Shown: positions 54,198-62,915 of the stretch, one piece after another
How positions within the stretch are numbered: the stretch's first letter is position 1
Layout: each line of letters begins with the position of its first letter
NCBI GenBank assembly: GCA_035504435.1
Contig: DATJRV010000083.1
Coordinates: 22,242 to 86,241 of the forward strand
Length of the DNA stretch: 64,000 nt
DNA from: Solirubrobacteraceae bacterium
GTDB lineage: Bacteria; Actinomycetota; Thermoleophilia; Solirubrobacterales; Solirubrobacteraceae
Direction: 5' to 3'
Notes under the pieces: generated by a model
Told to the model about the DNA's origin: nothing
Seen by the model: only the letters and a program-made list of their open reading frames with translations
Database searches by the model: none
Position numbers and translations under genes: made by a program

Positions 54198-54745
54198 GCG
54201 GCGTGATCGTCGAGGTCGTGCTCATCGATCGCGGCGGGCGAGGAGCGTTCGACGCGACGCGCGAGACGCCGCCACCTCGCGGCGACCTCGCGCAAGCCAG
54301 ACCAAAGGTCATCTCGATCGACCAGCACGCGCCCGCGCTCGATCACGTCAACCATGAGGACAGGAGAGCTCCGCGCGTCGGAGAGTCGAACCAGCTGCAC
54401 TTCGCGACCGATGCGCCGGGAGAGCCGCTCCGCCAAGTCGGCAAGGCGGCCCACGCCCGGGTCGTGCAAGACGACGAGGACATCGACATCCGAGCGCTGG
54501 TGATCGCTCCCGGTGGCTGTCGAGCCGAACAACACCGCGAGCCTGACGTTCGGCTCCGTACGCAACGCCGCCCGGAGCGCCCGCAACAATTTCCAATGGC
54601 CACGAAGGTACGCCTCCTCCCAGAACGTGACCCGAAACCGGCGCGGGCTGACGCGCTCTCCCCGCACCAGGCCTTCGGAGGCCGCGCGACGCAGCGTCCG
54701 CTCCGGGATCGAAAGTTCGGCCGCCACTCGTCGCAGAGAGTCCAT
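54194..54745 (-). CDS. Minimal nucleotidyltransferase (MNT) with N-terminal HTH
   Basis: LAVLFGSTATG..SDVDVLV, N-terminal LRRVAAELSIPERTLRRAASEG. Confidence 0.88.
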   Translation of the reverse strand: MDSLRRVAAELSIPERTLRRAASEGLVRGERVSPRRFRVTFWEEAYLRGHWKLLRALRAALRTEPNVRLAVLFGSTATGSDHQRSDVDVLVVLHDPGVGRLADLAERLSRRIGREVQLVRLSDARSSPVLMVDVIERGRVLVDRDDLWSGLREVAARWRRLARRVERSSPAAIDEHDLDDHAA

Positions 54746-54763
54746 GGATCCATCGACATTACA

Positions 54764-54824
54764 CCGTATGGCCGATAAATCCAGCCCGTATGGCCGATAA
54801 ATTGTGCCCGTGTGGCCGATACAT
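54764..54824. repeat. Three 17-bp direct repeats at 22-bp period upstream of the MNT
   Basis: CCGTATGGCCGATAAAT at 54764 and 54786, CCGTGTGGCCGATACAT at 54808. Confidence 0.9.
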
Positions 54825-55068
54825 CGCGGTGGGCGAGCCTTGACGCTGGTCATCGAAAAGACCCTCGACCCGACATCCTGGCTGAGCTGCGAGATAGCCG
54901 GTAGCGCGACTGGCACTCGCGCGTCGCACACGTACATATCTGCTCGCGCTCGACTGGCCCGCGATCGACGCTGCCGAGAAAGCCCTGGCGCTGCTTGAGC
55001 GCGAACCGCTCGCAACGGCGCCCACCCCCAACTCACGGTGTTCTGCTCAAATACCGATAGATGGCCTT

Positions 55069-56352
55069 GTGAACGGCACGGACATCGAACCGACGACAAA
55101 CCCAGCCGAGCACTCCCCCGCCCCCGCCCCGGCGCCGGCCGCCGACCCGACCGTGTTGCGCGTAGCGCGCCAGCCGATCCTCGACGCCAGCGCGCGCGTG
55201 ATCGGCTACGAGCTGCTGTTCTGGGCGCCCCAGGCGGACAGCGCGGTGCTGCTCGACGACCGCGCGACGACGGCGGCGGTGATCCTCGACGGGCTGCTCG
55301 ACGTCGGCCTGTCCGACCTGGTGGGCGAGAGCGTCGCCTATCTGAACGTCTCCCGCGACTTCCTGCTCAGCGTCCGCCCGCTGCCGCTGCCGGCCGACCG
55401 GGTCGTGCTGGAGGTGCGCGAGGACCAGCTGATCGACGAGCAACTGCTGGACGTCCTGCAGGAGCTGGTCGAACAGAGCTTCACGATCGCGCTCGACGAG
55501 TTTCGCCTGACCGCCGACACCGAGCAGCTGCTGAAGTACGCGCGGATCGTGAAGATCGACGTGCTCGAGTACACCGGCCAGGCGCTGGAGGACCTCGTCG
55601 CCGAGCTGCAAGCGCACCCGTCCGCGCCGACCCTGCTCGCCGAGAAGGTCGAGACGCGCGAGCTGTTCGAGCATTGTCGCGCGCTCGGCTTCCACGCCTT
55701 CCAGGGCTACTTCTTCGCTGCCCCGTCGCGTGTGCAGCAGCAGCGCCTGCCGTCCCGCGGCCTCACCGCGCTGCGTTCCATGACCGACCTCAGCGCCACC
55801 GAGGACATGGACGAGCTGCACCAGATCATCACGCGCGACGCCGGCCTGAGCATGCGGCTGCTGCGCTACGCCAACTCCGCCTACCTGTCCATACCGCGGC
55901 GTGTCGGCTCCGTCCACGAGGCGCTCGTGTGGCTCGGCGCGCGCGAGGTGCGGCGGTTCGCGCTGATGGTCGCGCTCGCAGGCGCTCCCGACATCCCCGA
56001 CGTGCTGCTCGTGACGGCGCTCGTGCGCGCCAACATGTGCCAGCTGCTGTCCGGCGCCGGCGACAGCCCCACCGGGGACTCGTACTTCACGGTCGGCCTG
56101 TTCTCCGTCGCCGACGCGCTCGTCAACGCGCCCATGGAGCACGTGATCGAGCAGCTCCCCTTCCGCGAGGACATCGCCGCCGCGCTGCTCGACCGCAGCG
56201 GCGAGCTCGGCGAGCTGCTCGGCGAAGTGATCGCCTACGAGCGCGGCGAGTTCGACGCCGCCGGGACGCTGATCGAGCGCAACCCCAACGTCGAGCAGAC
56301 CTACCGCGAGGCGACCGCCTGGGCCGACCTCAGCATCCGTGGGCTGATCTGA
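55069..56352 (+). CDS. EAL + HDOD domain protein (YuxH/PdeH-like)
   Basis: ARQPI..GYELLF, ALDEF, KID, AEKVET, FQGYFF, then IITRDAGLSMRLLRYANS..FTVGLFS. Confidence 0.92.
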   Translation: MNGTDIEPTTNPAEHSPAPAPAPAADPTVLRVARQPILDASARVIGYELLFWAPQADSAVLLDDRATTAAVILDGLLDVGLSDLVGESVAYLNVSRDFLLSVRPLPLPADRVVLEVREDQLIDEQLLDVLQELVEQSFTIALDEFRLTADTEQLLKYARIVKIDVLEYTGQALEDLVAELQAHPSAPTLLAEKVETRELFEHCRALGFHAFQGYFFAAPSRVQQQRLPSRGLTALRSMTDLSATEDMDELHQIITRDAGLSMRLLRYANSAYLSIPRRVGSVHEALVWLGAREVRRFALMVALAGAPDIPDVLLVTALVRANMCQLLSGAGDSPTGDSYFTVGLFSVADALVNAPMEHVIEQLPFREDIAAALLDRSGELGELLGEVIAYERGEFDAAGTLIERNPNVEQTYREATAWADLSIRGLI

Positions 56353-56375
56353 GCGCCGCAGCCGGCGCCGGCCTC

Positions 56376-56603
56376 CTACGGGGCTTCGACTTCCGCAGCC
56401 AGCTCGACCAGCGTCACTTCCAGCGCCGCCGCGATGCGGCGCACGGTCGTCCACGCGGGGGTCGCCTGGCCGAGCTCGATCCGCGCGAGCGAGCCGGTCG
56501 TGATGCCCGCGCGGTACGCGAGCGCTTCCTGTGTTGACCCCCGCTCAACGCGCAGCCGGCGCAGCACCGCAGCTAGCGCGAGATCAGGGCCCCCGGATGA
56601 CAT
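56376..56603 (-). CDS. XRE-family HTH regulator
   Basis: LRRLRVERGSTQEALAYRAGITTGSLARIELGQATP. Confidence 0.88.
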   Translation of the reverse strand: MSSGGPDLALAAVLRRLRVERGSTQEALAYRAGITTGSLARIELGQATPAWTTVRRIAAALEVTLVELAAEVEAP

Positions 56604-56690
56604 GTTGAAAACATGTCACGCGATGCACGTCTAGGTCTATACGGTCAACTATCCATTGTTGACAGGGTATTGTAGACAACTGTACGCTGA

Positions 56691-56909
56691 ATGCAGATGT
56701 CCGGTAGCCCGTTGCACGTGGTCCAGCTGCGCTTCACCCACGACGAGTGGAGCCACATCAGCGCCATCGCCCGCCTGCGCAATGTCACCGTCGAGGAGCT
56801 GCTGCGCGAGGAGCTGCGCCTGAGCAGCCGGCAGGCCGAGCCACCGGAGCGCCAGCGCTCGCACCTGCAGATCGTGGCGCCCCGCCGCGAGCCCGACCGG
56901 GGAGCCTGA
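56691..56909 (+). CDS. Small RHH-like protein
   Basis: VQLRFTHDEWSHISAIARLRNVTVEELLREEL strand-helix-helix pattern. Confidence 0.6.
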   Translation: MQMSGSPLHVVQLRFTHDEWSHISAIARLRNVTVEELLREELRLSSRQAEPPERQRSHLQIVAPRREPDRGA

Positions 56910-57053
56910 AGCAAGCGAACCGCCCGCGTTCATCGCGTCGGCGCGGCGTGCCGGGTGTGCGGCGCGCTCGCCGGAGGAGCTTTTAGCCGCAAGGTGCGCG
57001 ATCGGCAAGCGCGGGCTCTTGCAATCGACGAGCGAGCCGCCTAAGTTGACTAC

Positions 57054-57182
57054 AGACGCGGTTCCGAGCCGTCAAGAGCGAGGCCACTGAGGTGTGAGGC
57101 CGTGCCACCAGAACCGGAGGGCCCTCGGGCCGGAAGGGGACAGGTTCCTCGAACGGCCCGGAGCCGCGTCGCTTTGTTGTTC
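57054..57182 (+). ncRNA. Candidate stand-alone structured small RNA
   Basis: TTGCAA-N17-TAAGTT promoter (57019-57047), 11-bp closing stem 57055-65/57160-70, inner stems, U-rich tail. Lies between convergent genes. Confidence 0.6.
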
Positions 57183-57258
57183 ACGCGGCCCCGCGCCGCT
57201 CTGCCGCTGCGAGAACGTCTCCTCTCGCCCATGCTCTCGCACGCAGCGCGGCGCGCCG

Positions 57259-57328
57259 GGTCAGAAGCAGGGCTTGCGGCGCGCCAGGTCAGAAGCAGGG
57301 CTCGCGGCGCTCCGGGTCAGAAGCAGGG
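57259..57328. repeat. 28-bp tandem repeat (3 copies) containing the GH114 gene 3' end and stop
   Basis: GGTCAGAAGCAGGG at 57259, 57287 and 57315. Confidence 0.9.
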
Positions 57329-58123
57329 TTCGTAGCGGCGGCCGTTGAGCGCCAGGTTGAAGCGCGCGCCCATGATTCCCGCGGCTTCATCGGCGGCGCA
57401 GAAGCGGCGCTTCTTCAGCTTGTACTCAGCGTTCAGCACCGGCTTGCCAACCGCCAGATACGGGTCGAAGTCGGAGCATTCGTCGAACTGGTTGCATTCC
57501 TCGGACAGCGCGCCGTCGAAGTACGGCTCCTGTTCGACGGTCTGTTCGCCGTCGTTCTTCTGCAACACCGCCATCCCCAGCGAGTGCACCTCGCTGGCCA
57601 CCCACAGGTTGTAGGTCAGCTGCTCCTGCGCGGTCAGCGGGAAGCCCGTCTTGTTGGCGTAGCCTTCCATGTTGTCCGGCTCCACCGCGTCGAAGCCCTT
57701 TTCCTTGCACATTTCAAAGCGCTTGGTCATGATCGGCTCGAGGACGCTCAGCTGGCGAATGTCGAGCCAGCGCTCGCCCGGCCAGCCGTTGGGCTTCCCC
57801 AGCACCGACTTGGGGAACTCGTCGTAGTCCGGGCGAAACTTCTCGGCGGTGCCGACATCGATGTAACACACCACGTGCTTGCCCTGCGCGTGCAGCAGCG
57901 CGACCTCTTCGGCGCTGTTTTCAAAGCCGTCGATGTCGTAGATTTCGACCGGCTCGTTGTTGTTGACCGTGCCCGTGAGCTGCCAGTACCAGGTGGGGTG
58001 CGCTGGCAGCGTCCACCAGCTCGCCGCGCGCGCCTGGCCGACGGCGAGCAGCAGCGCAGCGCACGCCAGCAGCGCCGCCGCCACCACCGCCCTCCTTGAC
58101 ACGCCACGCGCGAGCGTACCCAT
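57317..58123 (-). CDS. Secreted endo-alpha-1,4-polygalactosaminidase (GH114-like)
   Basis: Signal peptide, WYWQL, YDIDGF, CYIDVGTAE, DAVEPDNMEG, KN, EECNQF. Confidence 0.9.
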   Translation of the reverse strand: MGTLARGVSRRAVVAAALLACAALLLAVGQARAASWWTLPAHPTWYWQLTGTVNNNEPVEIYDIDGFENSAEEVALLHAQGKHVVCYIDVGTAEKFRPDYDEFPKSVLGKPNGWPGERWLDIRQLSVLEPIMTKRFEMCKEKGFDAVEPDNMEGYANKTGFPLTAQEQLTYNLWVASEVHSLGMAVLQKNDGEQTVEQEPYFDGALSEECNQFDECSDFDPYLAVGKPVLNAEYKLKKRRFCAADEAAGIMGARFNLALNGRRYEPCF

Positions 58124-58221
58124 CGGCCAACGATGGTAGACGACCGCGTCCTCAGATGTCGCAGGTGCTCTTACGGCAGCCTTACCCACGGGTAAGCGAC
58201 CGTTCACGCCCGCCAGCCAGC

Positions 58222-58821
58222 ATGCACGGCATGCTCGCCACCGCCACCGGGCCGTACCTGCTCTGGATCACCAGCCGCGCAGCCGGCAGCGCCGCGCTGA
58301 TCCTCTCCAGCCTGACGGTGTGCGCCGGCCTGCTGATGGGCGGGCGCACCGTGAGCGGCCACCGCCACGAGCTGCGTGTGACCCACGAGGCGCTGTCGCT
58401 CGCGGCGCTTGCGGCGCTCGCCGTCCACGGCCTCAGCCTGCTCGGCGACGGCTATCTGCACCCGAGCCTCGCCGACGTGTCGATCCCTCTCGTGAGCAGC
58501 TACAAGACGCTGTGGACGAGCATCGGGATCGTCGCCTTCTGGATGCTGCTCGTGCTCGGCCTCTCCTACTACGCGCGAGCGCGCATCGGCGTGCAGCGTT
58601 GGCGCAAGCTGCACCGCTTCGCCGCGCTCGCATGGCTGCTCGGGCTCGTCCACGCCCTCGGCGAGGGCACCGACGCCGGCCAGGCTTGGTTCCTGGCGAT
58701 GATCGCGCTCGCCGCGGCGCCCGCGCTCCTCCTGCTGCTTGCGCGCCTGCTCGACACCCAGCCGTTCGCCCACGCGCGCGCCCAGCCCACCCAGACGACC
58801 CAGCCAGGGGTCGCGCGGTGA
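58222..58821 (+). CDS. Ferric reductase-like (MsrQ-like) heme membrane protein
   Basis: LWITSRAAG, HEALS..AVHG, WRKLHRFAALAWLLGLVHALGEGTD (paired His). Confidence 0.88.
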   Translation: MHGMLATATGPYLLWITSRAAGSAALILSSLTVCAGLLMGGRTVSGHRHELRVTHEALSLAALAALAVHGLSLLGDGYLHPSLADVSIPLVSSYKTLWTSIGIVAFWMLLVLGLSYYARARIGVQRWRKLHRFAALAWLLGLVHALGEGTDAGQAWFLAMIALAAAPALLLLLARLLDTQPFAHARAQPTQTTQPGVAR

Positions 58822-59252
58822 GCGCGCGCGCCCCCGCCCCCCGGCCGCGAGCCGCCGCGGGGTCGGCTGACGCGAGGACGCTCGCCCGCGCCCGCCGCGC
58901 GGCCCTGCGCCGGCGCACACGCCGCATTCGCCGATCCGTCGCCGCGCTGTCGGTCACGCTGTTCATGCTGGTCTTCGCCGTCGTCTACGCGCAACTGGCC
59001 TCCGGGCATGACCCGGCGCTCGTCGCCGCCGCGCGCCGGCGCGCCGCGCTCGCGTCCAGCCAAGCGCGCTCGCAGGCGAGCAGATCATCGACGGCGTCGA
59101 GCGCGGGGGCCGACAGCACACAAGCTGGCGGCACGGAAACGGGCGGCGCGAGCTCGAGCGAATCGAGCAGCACCGAAACGGGCAGCACGAGCACCTCTGG
59201 CGGCGAAGAAGCGAGCACGGGCGCTTCGGCGGTGACCACGTCGCAGTCATGA
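58818..59252 (+). CDS. Small TM-anchored protein with Ser/Thr-rich tail ending TGAS..TTSQS
   Basis: GTGA/ATGA coupled on both sides. Arg-rich N-terminus, TM helix, low-complexity tail. Confidence 0.75.
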   Translation: MSARAPAPRPRAAAGSADARTLARARRAALRRRTRRIRRSVAALSVTLFMLVFAVVYAQLASGHDPALVAAARRRAALASSQARSQASRSSTASSAGADSTQAGGTETGGASSSESSSTETGSTSTSGGEEASTGASAVTTSQS

Positions 59253-60214
59253 GCGGACTGGAGGCGAGCGAGGAGTTCGAGTGCTTCGGCGCGCGTTGCC
59301 TGGCGCTCGTGACCGGGTCGGGGCGCGCGGGGTCGGCCTACGAAGCAGCGGCGCTATCGCGCGACACGCTGCTCGCCTGGCACACGCGCTTCTCGCGCTT
59401 CCTGCGCGGCAGCGAGCTCTCGCGCCTGAACGCCGACGCGCGGCGCACGGTCCCGGTCAGGCCGCTGATGGCGCACTTCGCGCGCGCGGTGCGCGACGCG
59501 GGCACGCTGACGCGCGGGCTGGTCGATGCGACGCTCGTGCGGGAGATCGAGCTCGCGGGCTACCGCGAGGATCTGCGCGGCTCGCTCGCGCTGGCCGACG
59601 CGCTCGCGCTCGCTCCCCCGCGCCGGCCGGCGGCGGCGTCGGCTGCGCGGCGCTGGCGCGCGATCGACGTGGACCTGGACGCGCGCACCGTCACCCGCCC
59701 GCCGGGCGTGCGCCTGGACAGCGGCGGCCTCGCCAAGGGCCTGTTCGCGGACACGCTCGGCGCGACGCTCGCCACGCACGCGAGCTTCGCCGTCAACTGC
59801 GCCGGCGACCTGTTGCTCGGCGGCACGGCGGGCACGAGCCGCCAGGTGAAGGTGGAGAGCCCGTTCGACGGGCACACGCTGCACACGTTCGAGCTCGCCG
59901 CCGGTGGCGTCGCCACCAGCGGCATCGGCCGGCGCAGCTGGCTGGACGCGGACGGCGCGCCGGCCCACCACCTGCTCGATCCCGCCAGCGGACGCCCGGC
60001 GTTCACGGGCGTGGTGCAGGTCACCGCGCTCGGGCCTACGGCGTTGGCCGCGGAGATCAAAGCCAAGGCCGCGCTGCTCAGCGGGCCCGAGCGCGCGCCG
60101 CAGTGGCTCGCGCAGGGCGGGGTGATCGTGTTCGACGACGGCTCCCAGCGGGTGCTCGAGCCGCCGCCGACGGTCACGCTCGCCCAGCTGTCGGCGTTCG
60201 CGCGGGCGCGCTAG
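59249..60214 (+). CDS. apbE: FAD:protein FMN transferase
   Basis: FSRF..SELSRLN, LDSGGLAKG, VATSG, HHLLDP. No signal peptide visible. Confidence 0.93.
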   Translation: MSGLEASEEFECFGARCLALVTGSGRAGSAYEAAALSRDTLLAWHTRFSRFLRGSELSRLNADARRTVPVRPLMAHFARAVRDAGTLTRGLVDATLVREIELAGYREDLRGSLALADALALAPPRRPAAASAARRWRAIDVDLDARTVTRPPGVRLDSGGLAKGLFADTLGATLATHASFAVNCAGDLLLGGTAGTSRQVKVESPFDGHTLHTFELAAGGVATSGIGRRSWLDADGAPAHHLLDPASGRPAFTGVVQVTALGPTALAAEIKAKAALLSGPERAPQWLAQGGVIVFDDGSQRVLEPPPTVTLAQLSAFARAR

Positions 60215-60289
60215 GCGGCGCGCACCGCGGCCAGCGCACGCGCGGGCACGCGGATGAGACGAGCGGGCGCCGGAGCGGGCGCGACGCCG

Positions 60290-62308
60290 CTACGCGGCCG
60301 GCGCGACGGCGAGCGGCACGGCGGCGGGGATCGCGAACTGCGCGCTCAGCCGTTCGGTCAGCTCGTGGGCGGGCAGCGGGCGCGAGAAGAAGTAGCCCTG
60401 GCCGGTGTTGCAGCCGAGCTCGGCGAGGTGCGCCATCACGGCCTCCGTCTCGATGCCCTCGGCGACGAGCGTCAGGCCGAGGTTGCGGGCGAGATCGACG
60501 ATCGACTGCACGATCGCCTGCGTGCGCGCGTCGGTGAGCATGTCGGTGATGAACGTGCGGTCGATCTTCAGCTCGCTGGCGGGCAGCGCGGCGAGGTACT
60601 CGATGGACGCGTTGCCGGTGCCGAAGTCGTCCACCGACACGCCCACGCCGTGCGCGCGCAGCGCCTGCAGCGCGGCGATCGCCCGCTCGGGGTCGGCCAG
60701 CGCGGCGCTCTCGGTGACCTCCAGCGTCAGCCGCTGGGCGGGGATCGCGTGGCGCGCGAGCAGCTCGGCGACCCGCGTGGGCAGATCGGGGTCGAGCAGG
60801 TTGCGGGCGGACAGGTTGACGGACATCTCCATGTCGATGCCGCGCCAGCGCCAGGCGACCATCTGCACGAGCGAGCGCTCGATCACGTACTCGGTGAACG
60901 GGCGCACCAGCGCAGTGGGCTCGATCAGCGGGATGAACTCCCCTGGCGCGAGCAGCCCCCGCTCGGGGTGCTGCCAGCGCACGAGCGCCTCCACGCCGCT
61001 GACGCGGCCCGCGCCCTGCAGGTCCACCTTCGGCTGGTAGTGGACGACGAACTCCTCGCGCTCCAGCGCCTGGCGCACCTGGCCGAGCAGCAGCAGCCCC
61101 TGGGCGTTGAAGTAGTCGCAGCGCTCGGAGTGCACGTGCACGCTCGTCTGGCGCGAGCGCGCACGCGCGAGCGCGGTGTCGGCGCGCTGCAGCAGCAGCT
61201 CGGGGCCGTCGTCGTAGGCGCTGCTGAGCGCGATGCCGATGCTCGCCTCGATGTTGACCGCCACATCGCCCACCGCCACCGCCGGCTCGAGGCTCGCCTG
61301 CACGAGCTCCGCCGCGCGCCGCGCGCCGTCCTCGCCGTCCGCGCCGAGGCACACGAGCGCGAACTCGTCGGCGCCCAGGCGCGCGACATGGGCATCGTGC
61401 GGGAACGCGCGGCGCAGCCGCTGGGCGACCTCGTGCAGCACCCGGTCGCCGTTGGCCTGGCCGAGCGTGTTGTTGATCTCGGTGAAGCGGTCGATGTCGA
61501 TCAGCAGCACCGCGATGTCGTCGGGCCGTGAGCGGCGCGCACCCAGCCCGCGGCGCAGGGCCTCGACGAGCAGCATGCGGTTGGGCAGGCCGGTCAGCTG
61601 GTCGTAGCGCGCGAGGCGGTAGTTCTCGCGTGCCTGCAGGCGCAGCCGGCGCGAGGCGCCGACGACGATCGGGCACAGCAGCGCCCACAAGAGCGCCAGC
61701 CCGATGGCGACCAGCAGCGCGATCGTGCGCTTGTCGTTCGCGATCGCCGCGGCGATCGGGCGGTAGCTGAGGTAGATCTCAAACGCGCCTTCCGGCGGGC
61801 CGGAGGCGGCGAGGCGCAGCGGCACGTACACCTCGACCAGCTGCCCGAGGCCCACCTCGCTGGCGGTCTCGGTGCCGGCCATCGGCGTCACCACCTCCGC
61901 GTCGTCGGGACGCCCGGCGAGCGCGTTCAGCAGGTCGTCGCTCGGTTTGAGCGTGCGCCCGATGAGGCGGTGATCGTCGGAGTAGATGACGCGGTAGTGG
62001 GAGTTCCAGATCTTGATGCGCGCGAGGTCGTCGTTGACCGACCGCCACATCAGCTGCTCGTCGAGCGTGCGCACGCCGGCGGGCGACAGGCCCGTCTGCA
62101 GGTCGCGCTTGGACAGATGGGGCTGGATCGCGAGCTGGGCGATGATGCGCGCGGACTGCGTGGCGTCGGCGAGCGTGCGCGAGACGATCTGCGCCTGCAG
62201 CACGCGCGCGAGCACGAACCCCAGCACGACCATCGGCAGCAGGCTGAACAGCGCGACCTGCCGCGTGAGGCTGGGGCGCCTGCGGGAACGGCCGACGGTT
62301 ACGCGCAT
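60290..62308 (-). CDS. Membrane GGDEF-EAL protein
   Basis: [24 protein letters not shown]; [37 protein letters not shown]. Confidence 0.95.
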   Translation of the reverse strand: MRVTVGRSRRRPSLTRQVALFSLLPMVVLGFVLARVLQAQIVSRTLADATQSARIIAQLAIQPHLSKRDLQTGLSPAGVRTLDEQLMWRSVNDDLARIKIWNSHYRVIYSDDHRLIGRTLKPSDDLLNALAGRPDDAEVVTPMAGTETASEVGLGQLVEVYVPLRLAASGPPEGAFEIYLSYRPIAAAIANDKRTIALLVAIGLALLWALLCPIVVGASRRLRLQARENYRLARYDQLTGLPNRMLLVEALRRGLGARRSRPDDIAVLLIDIDRFTEINNTLGQANGDRVLHEVAQRLRRAFPHDAHVARLGADEFALVCLGADGEDGARRAAELVQASLEPAVAVGDVAVNIEASIGIALSSAYDDGPELLLQRADTALARARSRQTSVHVHSERCDYFNAQGLLLLGQVRQALEREEFVVHYQPKVDLQGAGRVSGVEALVRWQHPERGLLAPGEFIPLIEPTALVRPFTEYVIERSLVQMVAWRWRGIDMEMSVNLSARNLLDPDLPTRVAELLARHAIPAQRLTLEVTESAALADPERAIAALQALRAHGVGVSVDDFGTGNASIEYLAALPASELKIDRTFITDMLTDARTQAIVQSIVDLARNLGLTLVAEGIETEAVMAHLAELGCNTGQGYFFSRPLPAHELTERLSAQFAIPAAVPLAVAPAA

Positions 62309-62435
62309 GCCGAACGCTTCGAGTGCGGGCCGCGCAAACTGGATAGCGAGTGCGGAAAAATGGACCGATTGCGCGGGCACAAGCGCCCTGCCGCACGCTT
62401 GCGCGGGCGCCAAGCGCCCTGCGATACTCGCGGGC

Positions 62436-62915
62436 ATGCGCGCGCTCGTGCAGAGGGTCAGCCGCGCGGCGGTGCGCGTGCACGAGGAGACGGTCGCCGA
62501 GATCGGGCCCGGCCTGCTGGTGCTGCTGGGGGTGGCGCGCGAGGACGACGAGGCGGCGGCCGACCGCCTGGCGGAGAAGGTGCGCGCGCTGCGCGTGTTC
62601 GCGGACGCCGACGGTCACATGAACGCGCCGCTGGGCGCCCGCGAGATCCTGTGCGTGAGCCAGTTCACGCTGTACGGCGACACGCGGCGCGGCAACCGCC
62701 CGAGCTTCATCGCCGCCGCCGCCGGCGAGCAGGCCGAGCGGCTGTACGAGCGCTTCTGCGAGCGCGCTGGAGCGCACGCGCGCGGCGTGTTCGGCGCGCA
62801 CATGGACGTGGAACTAGTCAACGACGGCCCCGTCACGCTGCTGCTCGAAGTGCACGCGGGCGGCCGGCCCCCGCGATCGCGCCGGGCCGGCCTCTGGCCT
62901 AGAAGCCGAACTTGA
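62436..62915 (+). CDS. dtd: D-aminoacyl-tRNA deacylase
   Basis: [33 protein letters not shown]. Confidence 0.96.
   Translation: MRALVQRVSRAAVRVHEETVAEIGPGLLVLLGVAREDDEAAADRLAEKVRALRVFADADGHMNAPLGAREILCVSQFTLYGDTRRGNRPSFIAAAAGEQAERLYERFCERAGAHARGVFGAHMDVELVNDGPVTLLLEVHAGGRPPRSRRAGLWPRSRT

Larger units (their letters stand above)
51252..55030. mobile_element. Decayed tRNA-linked islet (no integrase found)
   Basis: Begins right after the tRNA with an inverted repeat (CTGCAAA..TTTGCAG) and GATTTCCC direct repeats. Atypical composition. Cargo: DUF1016, XRE, MNT-HEPN, remnants. Confidence 0.6.

Noticed and set aside
54764-54824. Possible CRISPR or plasmid iterons
   Set aside because: Spacers are only 5 nt and no cas or rep gene is nearby. 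Kept as operator-like repeats.
51252-55100. Complete prophage or ICE
   Set aside because: No integrase, structural or conjugation genes, and no duplicated tRNA 3' end found.
57120-57145. SRP RNA identity for the sRNA candidate (GGGCCGGAAGGGGACAG)
   Set aside because: Lacks the conserved CAGG..AGCAG internal loop, and the GGAA loop is not at the apex of the long hairpin.
57259-57328. Possible mini-CRISPR (14-bp repeat, three copies)
   Set aside because: Repeats and spacers are too short, spacers resemble each other, the unit includes a gene stop, and there are no cas genes.
57317-58123. Pel/GAG exopolysaccharide operon around GH114
   Set aside because: No synthase, deacetylase or export genes are adjacent.
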